DNA from: an uncultured Chloroflexia bacterium | GTDB taxonomy: Bacteria; Chloroflexota; Anaerolineae; Promineifilales; Promineifilaceae | Length of the DNA stretch: 64,000 nucleotides | Assembly: GCA_963695535.1 (NCBI GenBank) | Contig: CAVOGT010000010.1 | Location: forward strand, 58,738 to 122,737 | Direction of reading: 5' to 3' | In this document: positions 1-9,567 of the stretch, one piece after another | Layout: every line of letters starts with the position of its first letter | How positions within the stretch are numbered: position 1 is the stretch's first letter | Position numbers and translations under genes: made by a program | Notes under the pieces: model-generated | What the model saw: only the letters and a program-made list of their open reading frames with translations | Database searches by the model: none | Told to the model about the DNA's origin: nothing

Positions 1-1514
1 CCAACCCTTGTTGGCCCAGGCGTCTGATCTGCTCATCATCCAGATCGACCTCGCGATAGATGCTCTCCGGGATGTTGAGGCGGGGTCCGCGGATGAGTTG
101 ACGGCCGTCGGGCGTCAGAATGGGCACACCAATCGAGGTGATGGTCGTGCGCAGATTGTCCTCGTCCAGCAGGAAATCATAGAGCGTCTCGGCGATCTCC
201 GTGGGCGACGTTTCCACGACGCGCTCGAGTGTATTGTAGTTGAGCTTGAGCAGGTGGGCCTCGTAGAGCAGCTTGGACAGCTCCGGCGGTCCCAATTGCC
301 CCAGGGCCACGCTGTGGCTTTCCGTTTCTTCTTCGATCCGCACCAGCTTCTCCAGCGCGGCCTGGCGCAGCACCCCGGCGCGATAGCTGGGATTGAGGAT
401 GCTGCTGTCGATCCCGGCGATGATATCATAGCCGGTATTACTGCCCTTGATCTCCAGCACCGCCTGCTGGGCGATCTCCTCCGGCGTGATGAACTCCATC
501 TGATTGATGTGGGTGATGGTCTCGAATTCGCCGCGGGCAAAGAAGCCGTTTTCGCCGGTGTCGACGCCGGCCATGTGCAGCTTTTCGAGGCGCGTGTACT
601 GGTTCTCGTCGCCGCGCAACAACAGACGGCCGTTCAGGTCCTGCACCTGGCTGGCAAAGCGGAACTGGGGCCGGCCGCGGACCTTGACGGTCTTGTAGCT
701 GACACGACGATAGCCGATCATCGCCGCCGGTTTGAGCTCCTTGACCAGCGGACCGTTGGGCGTGCGGGCCATCAGGAACATCAGGCCGGTGTGGGCAAAG
801 GCCACGGCCGTCTTGCTCATCAGCTTGAAACTCGGCCGATCTTCGCTATGGGTGTAGGGGATGTTGAGGCCCATACCGCCGGTGCCGGTCGTGCCCACTT
901 TGAGATAGAGGCGCGTGCCCGCTTCGCTCATGGCCCGGTGGAGGAACTGCACATGGCGAATGAGTTGCGGCAGCGACTGCGAGATGAGCAGGGTGCTGAC
1001 GTTTTGCTCCAGATCGCGTCCGAAGCGCCGCCAACGCCTCCAGGTCTTGATGATCGACAATCTGGCTCAATTGGCCGCAGCAGGTCGTTGGTCTGCTGGC
1101 TGAGCGATTCGACATCCTGGTAGCTGATGGCGGTAGCGGTGTTAATGCAGTCAACAATGACGTCGGGCTTGTACTGCTGCACCAGTTGGACCAGGCCGGA
1201 GCGCTCAAACGCACCGTCCAACGGCGCCGAACAGGTCATCATAGAGCATGTCGCGTCGGGGTTGGGATTGCAGCAGGCGGCGGCGCTTCTCCAGTTGAAA
1301 CTCGTCGCGCACAAAGACATCGCCCCAGGCGCCGGTGAAATTCACATGGGGGAACTCGCGCCGGGCATCACGCAGGAATTCGCGCACTTCGCCGCGATAC
1401 AGGCTGGCGACAACGATCTGCTCCGGCTCCATCTCACGGGCAATGATGGCGGACGATTTGCGAGCCCACCAAACCGGCGCCGCCCAGCACCAGAATAGTC
1501 CGATCGCCTCTCAT
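1..1514 (-). CDS. Large SDR/Rossmann-fold protein of unknown function (frameshifted; runs off the window start)
   Basis: ATG at 1514 gives MRGDRTILVLGGAGLVGSQ (GxxGxxG). It continues across frameshifts into KPDVIVDCINTATAISYQD and LYLKVGTTGTGGMGLNIPYTHSEDRPS, with no stop before position 1. Confidence 0.7.
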
Positions 1515-1696
1515 GCGCGGCCCTCCATCGGGAAGGATTCATCAACGCGGAACGTGCGTGTCCATGGCTTGCCTCCTGCGACGTGTGGGAAATTGTGTAA
1601 TGGCCCGCCAGACGGCGCGTGGGGGCGCTTCTGTCGGGCCGTGAAAATACAAACAGCCGCACAAGGCGGCTGCCGGGGCCGCGCTGCGGCCAATGA

Positions 1697-1770
<74 letters not shown>

Positions 1771-1911
1771 GCTTTCATTCTTAACCACCCTGCCTTGCAG
1801 CAGGTGAATCCAAATTATAGCAGCCAGGCCCAGTGCGTCAATAGCGCGATCTGCCCGACCAGGGGTTTGTCGTGGCCCCAGCCGCCGTAGGCTGAAGTCC
1901 TCCGTTTCAGC

Positions 1912-3213
1912 CTACGGCCGAACGACAGCCGGCAAGAACAGTCCTTCGGTCAGGTCAATGCCGGTGCCCGGTCGCCAGTCAGGGTACACACCCTGGACAC
2001 CGAGGGAGCGCCGGCCGGTCCCATCACGCCGCATGATCCAGAGTTCGGCGGATTGATTGATATCGGGCGTATACTCAAACACGATTTGCTGGGTATCCGG
2101 CGAGAGGCTAAACGAACCGGCGAATTCGCTCTGGAAGCTGGTAAGGGCGGTCAGTTCATTCGTGCCGAAGTTAAACTCGTAGAGGTTGCTGTTGTCCGGC
2201 CCGAACTGGCCGCTGGTTATCGCAAAGATGAACCCGGACTCGTCCGGCAGCCACTCCAATCCCAAGACTATCTCAGTGAGCGGGTCTTTCGTTATGATCG
2301 GGATGCCGCCATTATCCGCGCCCGGTTGGACCACCGCAATGGCGTCGCTCCCGGCATACAACAGCCAGTCGCTAATCGGCGACCAGGCCAAGGCGTTGGC
2401 AACTACATTGGCGCCGGGGGCGAGGATAAACGTATCGGGGGTAGAAATCCCGGGCGTAGCGGTAATCTCCGAGAGGAAGCCCTCCTGGAAGAGGAACCCC
2501 ACCTTGGATCCGGTGCGATACCAGGCGGGAATGGTCGCCCCCACATTGGCAAAAACATTGCCCTGACCGGTCAGGACAAAGCTGTTGGACGCCAGTGCGG
2601 TCTGGTTGGGCTTCACATCGACAGTAACCGATGGGTCCAAATAGCGAAACTTGCCATTGACCACGGTAATGGCCTGTGAAAAATTGCCCAGGTCGGCTAC
2701 GTTGGGGACGGTGACGTCAACAATCGCACCCGGACTGACGGTCACAAGCTGGGCCTCCGGGGCGCCCTCGACGTACAGGGCAAAGATCGACTCGGTCGTC
2801 GCGTTTTCGATCCGCACCTTGACCGAACCCTTGGGGAAACCAGCCAGTTCACTGCACTCTGGGGAATTCGTCAGTCGCTTCAACCCTGAGCCGTCAGCGC
2901 GAATCGAATAGATATCGCTGCTGTATTGGGAGCACAGCCACTGGAAGCCTGAGCCAAACGCCAGCGCGCCGCCGTCCGGCCGCCACTGCAGGCCTCGAAT
3001 CCCCTGGGCGCCCTCCGACAGCGGCCGTTCCCAGAGGCGGCGGTCGTTTTTGCCGTCAGCGTCAATCAGGCGTATTTCGTTGCCTCTGGCATAGGCGATT
3101 GTTCCGACAGCATCGACGGCACGCGAATTGGCCGCAACCGTTCGCGCGACAACCGCGGACAGAAGCACAAACAGACTGATGAAGACAATGGATCGCAACC
3201 GAATGAGACGCAT
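1912..3213 (-). CDS. Secreted TolB/PD40-like beta-propeller protein with C-terminal LFLPAVVR motif
   Basis: Signal peptide (MRLIRLRSIVFISLFVLLSAVVA); repeated WRPDG/WSP/WLPDE/LSPD blades; GAAGGAG RBS before ATG 3213. Confidence 0.8.
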   Translation of the reverse strand: MRLIRLRSIVFISLFVLLSAVVARTVAANSRAVDAVGTIAYARGNEIRLIDADGKNDRRLWERPLSEGAQGIRGLQWRPDGGALAFGSGFQWLCSQYSSDIYSIRADGSGLKRLTNSPECSELAGFPKGSVKVRIENATTESIFALYVEGAPEAQLVTVSPGAIVDVTVPNVADLGNFSQAITVVNGKFRYLDPSVTVDVKPNQTALASNSFVLTGQGNVFANVGATIPAWYRTGSKVGFLFQEGFLSEITATPGISTPDTFILAPGANVVANALAWSPISDWLLYAGSDAIAVVQPGADNGGIPIITKDPLTEIVLGLEWLPDESGFIFAITSGQFGPDNSNLYEFNFGTNELTALTSFQSEFAGSFSLSPDTQQIVFEYTPDINQSAELWIMRRDGTGRRSLGVQGVYPDWRPGTGIDLTEGLFLPAVVRP

Positions 3214-3618
3214 GATGACTTTCTCCTTCAGCACATAAGGCCCACGTATCGGCAGACAATTGTCGGAAATCAGGCGCGTCTTGAGCAAGACGCGAGGCTA
3301 GCATAGCATAACCGGCTTTTCTTGTCGCCAGCAATTGTGCCTGAGCCCGGCCGGGTGTGCGGAAAGCGACCGTTGTGTGGCCGGCAAAGGCCACAAGACC
3401 CTTTCGTCCAGCCAATCATCTAGTTGGTTCCAGGATAATCGCGTCGTGCCTCAACACCGGTTCGCGGATTGTGCCGAATTGATTGGCCGGTTGATTGACC
3501 GATCATATAGTTGGCACGATTCAACAGACGGCAAGGGTGATTGGTATTGCGAGTCCGTATCTGGAAGCGCAGGAGATCAGCCTGACACCGGGCAACCAAC
3601 ATCACGGGAGAAACTGAT

Positions 3619-4665
3619 TTGACCGACTATCGATTGGCACTCATTGGCTTTGGCAACGTGGGACAGGGATTGGCGACGATTCTGCGCGATTCGGCCGATA
3701 GCCTGGCCGAGTCCACCGGCGCGCGCATCCACCTCGTGGCCGTCAATACAGCGACGCGCGGCAGCGTCTATAATCCCGACGGCCTCAACCCGGCGCGCCT
3801 GCTGGACGCGATGGCCCGGGACGGCCGCCTTGATGCCGTCCCCGCACCGCACCGGGATTGGGACGTAACCCGCGTGCTGACCGACAGCAATGCCGACGTT
3901 GTGGTCGAGCTAAGCCCCACCGATCTGGTGACGGCCGACCCGGCCGTCGCCACCCTGCGCGCGGCGCTGACCCACGGCCGGCACGCTATCACCACCAACA
4001 AAGGCCCGATGGCGCTTCACTATCCCGAACTGTCCGCGCTGGCGGAAGCCAATGGGCTATTCCTGGGCATCGAAGGGACGGTGATGGCCGGGACGCCGGT
4101 GTTGCGCCTGGGCCGGGAGCTGCTGGCCGGGTCCGGCATGACGCGCTTCGCCGGCATTCTCAACGGCACGACCAACTATATGCTGAGCGAGATGCGCGCC
4201 GGGGCCGGCTATGCGGCCGCGCTGGCCGATGCCCAGGCCCGGGGCTATGCCGAGGCAGACCCGACGGCCGATGTCGAAGGACACGACGCCGCGGTGAAGG
4301 TGGTCATCCTGGCCAATCGACTGCTGGGTGGCTCGCTGCGCATGGCTGATGTCACCACACAAGGCATTAGCCGTTTAACGAAAGACGATATTGCTGCGGC
4401 CGAGGCGGCCGGGGAGTGCTGGAAGCTCATTGGCAGCGCCGAGGTCACGCCGGACGGCTTGCGTGCGGCCGTTGCTCCCGTGCGGCTACCGTTGTCGCAT
4501 CCGCTGGCCGGGGTGAGCGGAGCCACCAATGCCGTGACGTTTTCGACCGGGTTGACCGGCGATGTGACCCTGATCGGGCCGGGGGCGGGGCGGATTGAAA
4601 CGGGCTTCGCGGTCCTGGGTGACTTGCTGGCCCTTCACCGTCAGACCAGCGGCGGGCTGTCCTGA
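3619..4665 (+). CDS. hom: Homoserine dehydrogenase (short form, no ACT domain)
   Basis: Motifs LIGFGNVG, TTNKGP, GILNGTTNY, GYAEADPTADVEGHDAA, GPGAG. Confidence 0.93.
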   Translation: MTDYRLALIGFGNVGQGLATILRDSADSLAESTGARIHLVAVNTATRGSVYNPDGLNPARLLDAMARDGRLDAVPAPHRDWDVTRVLTDSNADVVVELSPTDLVTADPAVATLRAALTHGRHAITTNKGPMALHYPELSALAEANGLFLGIEGTVMAGTPVLRLGRELLAGSGMTRFAGILNGTTNYMLSEMRAGAGYAAALADAQARGYAEADPTADVEGHDAAVKVVILANRLLGGSLRMADVTTQGISRLTKDDIAAAEAAGECWKLIGSAEVTPDGLRAAVAPVRLPLSHPLAGVSGATNAVTFSTGLTGDVTLIGPGAGRIETGFAVLGDLLALHRQTSGGLS

Positions 4666-6215
4666 GCCGACCAGTCGCCGGGAGCCGCGGCGCTTTCTAG
4701 GATGACATGCCGGTCGAAAGCGTGTTCCATCAGATCAATGGCATTCCGCTCCGCTTCCCAAATTTCTACCGCCGGATACTCATCGGCCAACAGCGTCAGG
4801 CGCAGCGTCTCGTCATCCCACCCGGCGCTGACATCATCGACCGATTGATTGCGCCCCCGTTCCAGAAACTCAGCCAGCCGCAGCATAGCCGCGAGCTTAA
4901 GCAGCAGGGTGCCATCATCCGGCTGCAGCAACGAGTCGAAGCCATTCGTGCGCGGCTTGCCCTTGCGATGATAGCGCGTCAGCAGGGCGATCAATGCCGT
5001 CTCGCGCGGCGTGAAGCTGGGCAGGCCGCTATTGATGATCAAGGTCTGCGAATGGTGGTGGTGGTCGTTATAGCTGATCAACGTACCCAGGTCGTGGAGA
5101 AGCGCCGCCGCATCGAGCAGCTCCCGCTCAGCCAATGTGTAGCCATGTAACGGAGCCAGCTGGTTGAACAGCCGCCCGGCCAGGAACAGCACGTGGTTGG
5201 CGTGAGCCTTGGCGTACTGGTAAATGCGGGCTTTGTTGAGCACGCTGAACTGGCGCATGTTGGTCAGCGCCGGGTACGACAGGTGCCGCCAGAAGTGCTC
5301 GAAAAACAACCCCTCGCGCAGGCCATTGACAGAAATGGTCAGGTCTTCCACCCGCAGGCAGTCCATCACCTCGCGCAGCACCAGCGCCCCGGGCAGGATA
5401 ATGTCGGCCCGGTCGCTGCTCAGGCCGGGCAGGTCCTCGCGCTCCTTGAGAGGCAGCTCCGTCAGCAGCCGGATATTCTCATCCAGGTCGGCCCGATCAA
5501 GCACGAATCCGTGGAGGGTGTTCAGCGGGTAACTTTGCCGAGCGGCAGCCATCCCGGCCATGTTGCGAATCGTGCCTCCCAAGCCCACAAGCCGCGCCGC
5601 TGCGGTTTGCTTCTTGCCCGACGGCAACCACTCGATGGTGTCCAGTTGATCGCGAATTGCCTGTTCTACGGCGGCGATCTCCTTGCCGCTGGGTGGATCT
5701 TTGCTGATGAACTGTTCGGTCAGGGCCAGCGCGCCCAGCAGCAGCGAGCAGCCGCGCTTGAAGCGATGATCCCGGACTTCCGAAAGCTGAGCACTGCCAC
5801 CGCCGATGTCGAGTACATAGCTGTCGGTCAGCGGCACCTCATTGAGCACGCCGAGGGTGCCGTAATAGGCCTCTTCTTCGCCGCTCAGCACGCGCAGCGT
5901 CAGGCCAATCTCCAGCTGGACCCGCTGCACAAACAACGCGCCGTTGACGCCCTCACGCACGGCGCTGGTGGCGGTGGGGATAATCAGGTCCACATGCGAG
6001 CTGTCGCAGTAGCGTTTGAACAAGCGCAGCGTGAACAAGGCCCGCGCCTGAGCCTCCTCACTTAGACCGTCGGCCGTCATGCCCTGGCGCAAACGCACGA
6101 CCTCGCGGATCTCATCGTCGAGGCGGTAGGCATAGCCGGGGACGGCTGACATGACCACCATGCGGGCGGTGTTGGATCCCAGGTCGATGACGGCGACGCG
6201 TTCTTGGTTTAGCAT
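4641..6215 (-). CDS. ppx: Ppx/GppA exopolyphosphatase with C-terminal HD domain
   Basis: VIDLGSNT, ATSAVRE, DIGGGS, GLREG and LLHDLG motifs; start MLNQERVAVID after AAGGA. Confidence 0.92.
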   Translation of the reverse strand: MLNQERVAVIDLGSNTARMVVMSAVPGYAYRLDDEIREVVRLRQGMTADGLSEEAQARALFTLRLFKRYCDSSHVDLIIPTATSAVREGVNGALFVQRVQLEIGLTLRVLSGEEEAYYGTLGVLNEVPLTDSYVLDIGGGSAQLSEVRDHRFKRGCSLLLGALALTEQFISKDPPSGKEIAAVEQAIRDQLDTIEWLPSGKKQTAAARLVGLGGTIRNMAGMAAARQSYPLNTLHGFVLDRADLDENIRLLTELPLKEREDLPGLSSDRADIILPGALVLREVMDCLRVEDLTISVNGLREGLFFEHFWRHLSYPALTNMRQFSVLNKARIYQYAKAHANHVLFLAGRLFNQLAPLHGYTLAERELLDAAALLHDLGTLISYNDHHHHSQTLIINSGLPSFTPRETALIALLTRYHRKGKPRTNGFDSLLQPDDGTLLLKLAAMLRLAEFLERGRNQSVDDVSAGWDDETLRLTLLADEYPAVEIWEAERNAIDLMEHAFDRHVILESAAAPGDWSAQDSPPLV

Positions 6216-6378
6216 GGCTCTTTCCTTGACACCTGCGAGTATAGCCGGTCGGGGCGTAATCCTGTAGCGCAAGCCTTTTGCCTGTGGCTTAATGGGACAA
6301 TCTACAGGATCCATTCTACGCTCCGCTGTTGCCGATCGCTGCCATTGGTCCCGTTCCACACCAAACGGAGTCTGCTGC

Positions 6379-6406
6379 TTGACAGGCCGCCGGTAGCCTG
6401 TATAAT
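6379..6406 (+). promoter_or_regulatory. Consensus sigma70 promoter of arsR
   Basis: TTGACA(6379-6384)-16 nt-TATAAT(6401-6406). Confidence 0.8.
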
Positions 6407-6413
6407 GGCACTT

Positions 6414-6433
6414 ATCGATAATCATCAATATAT
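6414..6433. promoter_or_regulatory. Putative ArsR operator 1
   Basis: ATCGATAATCATCAATATAT just downstream of the -10 box; 18/20 identical to the box before arsM. Confidence 0.65.
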
Positions 6434-6440
6434 TAATCCT

Positions 6441-6758
6441 ATGAATTCCGTCCTGTTTGCCAAAGCCATTGCCGATGAGAACCGCCAGCGCATCATGCTG
6501 TTGTTGTGCTGCAATTGGCTGTGTGTGTCGGACATTGTCGAGCAAATGGATAACGTCTCCCAGCCCACCGTGTCCCACCATCTGGCGGTGCTGCGCGAGG
6601 CGGACCTGGTCTATGTACGGCGTGAGGGCCGGCAGATTTACTATTCGCTCAACCAGGACGAGGTGGCAGTGTGCTGTAGCCGGCTGATGCTCAACTTCGC
6701 CCCGGAGCGAACGCCGGTGGCTGATGTGCCGCTGACGGCCGTGACGCTGGATACGTAG
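6441..6758 (+). CDS. arsR: ArsR/SmtB metalloregulator
   Basis: KAIADENRQRI, LCVSDI, SQPTVSHHLAVLR, RREGRQIYYSL; several Cys/CC; directly upstream of arsM. Confidence 0.92.
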   Translation: MNSVLFAKAIADENRQRIMLLLCCNWLCVSDIVEQMDNVSQPTVSHHLAVLREADLVYVRREGRQIYYSLNQDEVAVCCSRLMLNFAPERTPVADVPLTAVTLDT

Positions 6759-6781
6759 TCGCTCTTTTTTTGCATTAATAC

Positions 6782-6801
6782 ATCGACAATCATCTATATA
6801 T
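6782..6801. promoter_or_regulatory. Putative ArsR operator 2
   Basis: ATCGACAATCATCTATATAT immediately before the GGAGG RBS of arsM. Confidence 0.65.
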
Positions 6802-6812
6802 GGAGGTTTCAC

Positions 6813-7613
6813 ATGATCAATTCTCAAGAGACCATTCGCGAAGCAGTGAAGGACCGCTACGCAAGATTGGCCGAACAACCCCTGACCGTTACCGCCGCCG
6901 AGAGCTGCTGCGATTCAGGCGACTGCTGCGGATCGAACGATGATGCTGCGCTGGATAGTCTTTATCGCGACATCTACACGGCCGACACCAGTTGGCTGCC
7001 CGTGGACGTGACCGGCCTGTCGTTGGGCTGCGGTGACCCAATCACGCTGGCGGCGCTGGAACCGGGCCAGACGGTGCTGGATCTGGGTTCCGGCGGCGGC
7101 ATCGACTGCTTCATGGCCGCCCGGCAGGTTGGCCCGACCGGCCACGTGATCGGCGTGGACATGACGCCGGAGATGCTGACCAAGGCCAACCGCAACAAGG
7201 AGAAGCTGGGGCTGACCAACGTCGAGTTTCGCCAGGGCCTGATTGAAGACATCCCGGTCGAGAGCGGGACGGTGGACGTGATCATCTCCAACTGCGTCAT
7301 CAACCTGAGTACGGACAAAGCGGCCGTGTTTAACGAGATCTACCGCGTGCTGAAGCCCGGCGGCCGTGTGGCCGTATCGGACATGGTGACGCAGGGACAG
7401 TTCACGCCGGAGGAACGGGCCGACGTATCATCCTGGGCCGGGTGTGTGTCGGGGGCGGTGGATGTGGCCGACTATGCGGCCATGCTGCGCACGGCCGGAT
7501 TTCGAACGCTGTCGATTACCGACAAGGCCTTGCCGGATGTTGAGCTGTCGAAGGTCGAACGAGAAGACGGCCCAGCCAGGCTGTTCAGCGCCCGCTTGAC
7601 GGCCGTGAAGTAA
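6813..7613 (+). CDS. arsM: Arsenite S-adenosylmethionine methyltransferase
   Basis: SLGCGDP, VLDLGSGGGID, IISNCVINL, WAGCVSGA; N-terminal CC pairs. Confidence 0.93.
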   Translation: MINSQETIREAVKDRYARLAEQPLTVTAAESCCDSGDCCGSNDDAALDSLYRDIYTADTSWLPVDVTGLSLGCGDPITLAALEPGQTVLDLGSGGGIDCFMAARQVGPTGHVIGVDMTPEMLTKANRNKEKLGLTNVEFRQGLIEDIPVESGTVDVIISNCVINLSTDKAAVFNEIYRVLKPGGRVAVSDMVTQGQFTPEERADVSSWAGCVSGAVDVADYAAMLRTAGFRTLSITDKALPDVELSKVEREDGPARLFSARLTAVK

Positions 7614-7625
7614 AGGGGAAGTTAT

Positions 7626-7661
7626 CCGGGGCTGGCTGGTGAGCTAGCCCCGGTTTTCTTT
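7626..7661 (+). terminator. Rho-independent terminator after arsM
   Basis: CCGGGGCTGGCT...AGCTAGCCCCGG hairpin followed by TTTTCTTT. Confidence 0.75.
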
Positions 7662-7675
7662 GAAGGGAATTATCG

Positions 7676-8104
7676 CTAGAACGGGATGTCGTCTTCTTCT
7701 GAGACAGTGTCGATTGAACCGGAAGTGTCCCTCCCAGAAAAATCTCCGCCGCCATCCGAATCACGACCGCCTAAGAACCGCACATTCTCGGCCCGCAGTT
7801 CAAACGAGGCACGAGGTGTACCGTCCTGAGCAGTCCAAATACGCGGACTACCATTCTCGTCGCCGGTCAACCGTCCTTCCACCAGCACCATGCGGCCCTT
7901 ACTGAGGTACTGATTCGCAGGCTCAGCTTGACGGCCCCAGACAGTTACTCGAAACCACGTCGTTTGATCCACGGGTTGCCCGCTCCGATCCGTATACTTG
8001 TAATCAGTGGCCACACTGAAGCTGGTCATGGCGGTTCCATCCGGCATGTAACGCATCTCTGGGTCACGGCCTAGACGACCTACGATTACGACTTTTTGAT
8101 ACAT
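7676..8104 (-). CDS. ssb: Single-stranded DNA-binding protein
   Basis: GRLGRDPEMRY OB fold; acidic C-terminus DDIPF. Confidence 0.97.
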   Translation of the reverse strand: MYQKVVIVGRLGRDPEMRYMPDGTAMTSFSVATDYKYTDRSGQPVDQTTWFRVTVWGRQAEPANQYLSKGRMVLVEGRLTGDENGSPRIWTAQDGTPRASFELRAENVRFLGGRDSDGGGDFSGRDTSGSIDTVSEEDDIPF

Positions 8105-8223
8105 AGCTAACTCTCCTTCGTGCTGCCTATTGTTCTCCGGCCGGGCAAACGACCCGCGACTCGCGCGAATAGTAGCACGTTTTGTTGACTCTTTCCATCT
8201 GCTGTATAACTACAACAGATTAT

Positions 8224-8237
8224 AGCACAAACGTTCT
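8224..8237. promoter_or_regulatory. Putative LexA (SOS) box upstream of ssb
   Basis: AGAACGTTTGTGCT on the minus strand, one mismatch to GAAC-N4-GTTC, abutting a minus-strand TATAAT (8219-8224). Confidence 0.55.
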
Positions 8238-8439
8238 GTCATGCATGGCAACACGCTGCCATATGCGGCCGTTTTGGTCTCTTGTCATCGAAGATTAAGC
8301 CACCTGCCCCGGCTATCGTAGCGCGTGTTTTGCAACCGCCAACCGACTGGCGCGTATGAATGGATATCGGCCGTTAAGCAAGGCGGCACTGACCTTTGGT
8401 AACCAATTGCTCGCGACTAACGGCCCGGTGAGGTGACCT

Positions 8440-9450
8440 ATGCGAATGCGTGGCGTGTCCTTAACAGTCCTCCTGCTATTGGTATCGGCCTGCGGCCCGG
8501 CAGCAGTTCCCAGCGCGACGGACGCAACGCCGCCCTTGACCTCGACGGGGCCTGCGCCAACCGCAACGATCCCCGCAAAGCCAACACTCACACCCCCACC
8601 CACGCTGCCTCCGCCGACCTCACCGCCAACGGCGACATCAACGCCGAAGCCCTCGCCTACATCATCGCTTCCCCCGACCGCGACGGCCGAACCCGATATC
8701 GCTGCCACGTTCGCAGCCATCGCCCCGCCCACACAGATGGGCGAATACGCCTCACCCGACGGCCGCCGTGTAGTCCAGCTTTTTCGCCATGACTGCACGC
8801 TGCTGCCATCGGCCGACGGCGAAGCTTACGAGCAAGCCTACGAGATGCTGCGCTACGTCGATGCCGGTGCCCGGGTGCATGAGTTCGCCACCCAGCATCA
8901 GGCGTGTGGCGGGCTGGGTGCGGCCGGGCTACAAGGCTACTTTTGGTCAGCCGACGGCCGTTACTTTTACTATGGCACGGCCCGCGAAGGAGTGGCCGAT
9001 GGCTGTGGCTATTTTGCTCCGCCGTACTACCGGCTGGATACGGCCGATAGGACCACCACCTATCTTGGTTACGGTCCACTGTCACCGGACGGCACGATGC
9101 TGGCGCTTTGGGGACCGCAAGGTGAACTGGTTGTATATACCGTGGCCGGCGAGCAGCTGGTCCGCATCGTCCCCGATGGGCCGGAGCGTATCGCTAATAC
9201 CATCGCCTGGTCACCCGACGGCGGTTCGCTGGTCTATGTGCTCACCAGCGATTACTGCCCGGAAGGGTCGTCGACACTGACCCGGCTGAACCTGTCCGAT
9301 CTGCAGCCCATCCTCCTGCGCCAGGACGATCCCGGCTATGCAAATGTAAGCTGGTTATCGGGTGACACGCTGCGACTCGACACCGTGTTGGGCGATTCGT
9401 CGCTGACGGTGGATGCTGTTACGGGGGAAAGCCATCCCGTAACCATCTAG
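8440..9450 (+). CDS. Lipoprotein with Pro/Thr linker and partial beta-propeller
   Basis: Lipobox LVSAC; PT-rich tract; SPDG/WSADG/WSPDG repeats. Confidence 0.8.
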   Translation: MRMRGVSLTVLLLLVSACGPAAVPSATDATPPLTSTGPAPTATIPAKPTLTPPPTLPPPTSPPTATSTPKPSPTSSLPPTATAEPDIAATFAAIAPPTQMGEYASPDGRRVVQLFRHDCTLLPSADGEAYEQAYEMLRYVDAGARVHEFATQHQACGGLGAAGLQGYFWSADGRYFYYGTAREGVADGCGYFAPPYYRLDTADRTTTYLGYGPLSPDGTMLALWGPQGELVVYTVAGEQLVRIVPDGPERIANTIAWSPDGGSLVYVLTSDYCPEGSSTLTRLNLSDLQPILLRQDDPGYANVSWLSGDTLRLDTVLGDSSLTVDAVTGESHPVTI

Positions 9451-9567
9451 CCTCTTTTCCAGCCTGCGCCAACGCCAGCATTAACGAATTGACAACGAAT
9501 ACACTGGCGCGGTCGTCACACTTCGGATTAGGGCTATAATGACATAACGGTGAGGGATTCACACCCA

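Noticed and set aside
8-1123. Long plus-strand ORF, and similar antisense ORFs such as 20564-21769, 52427-53929 and 56181-57434
   Set aside because: These are shadow ORFs opposite real genes in GC-rich DNA, with no recognisable motifs.
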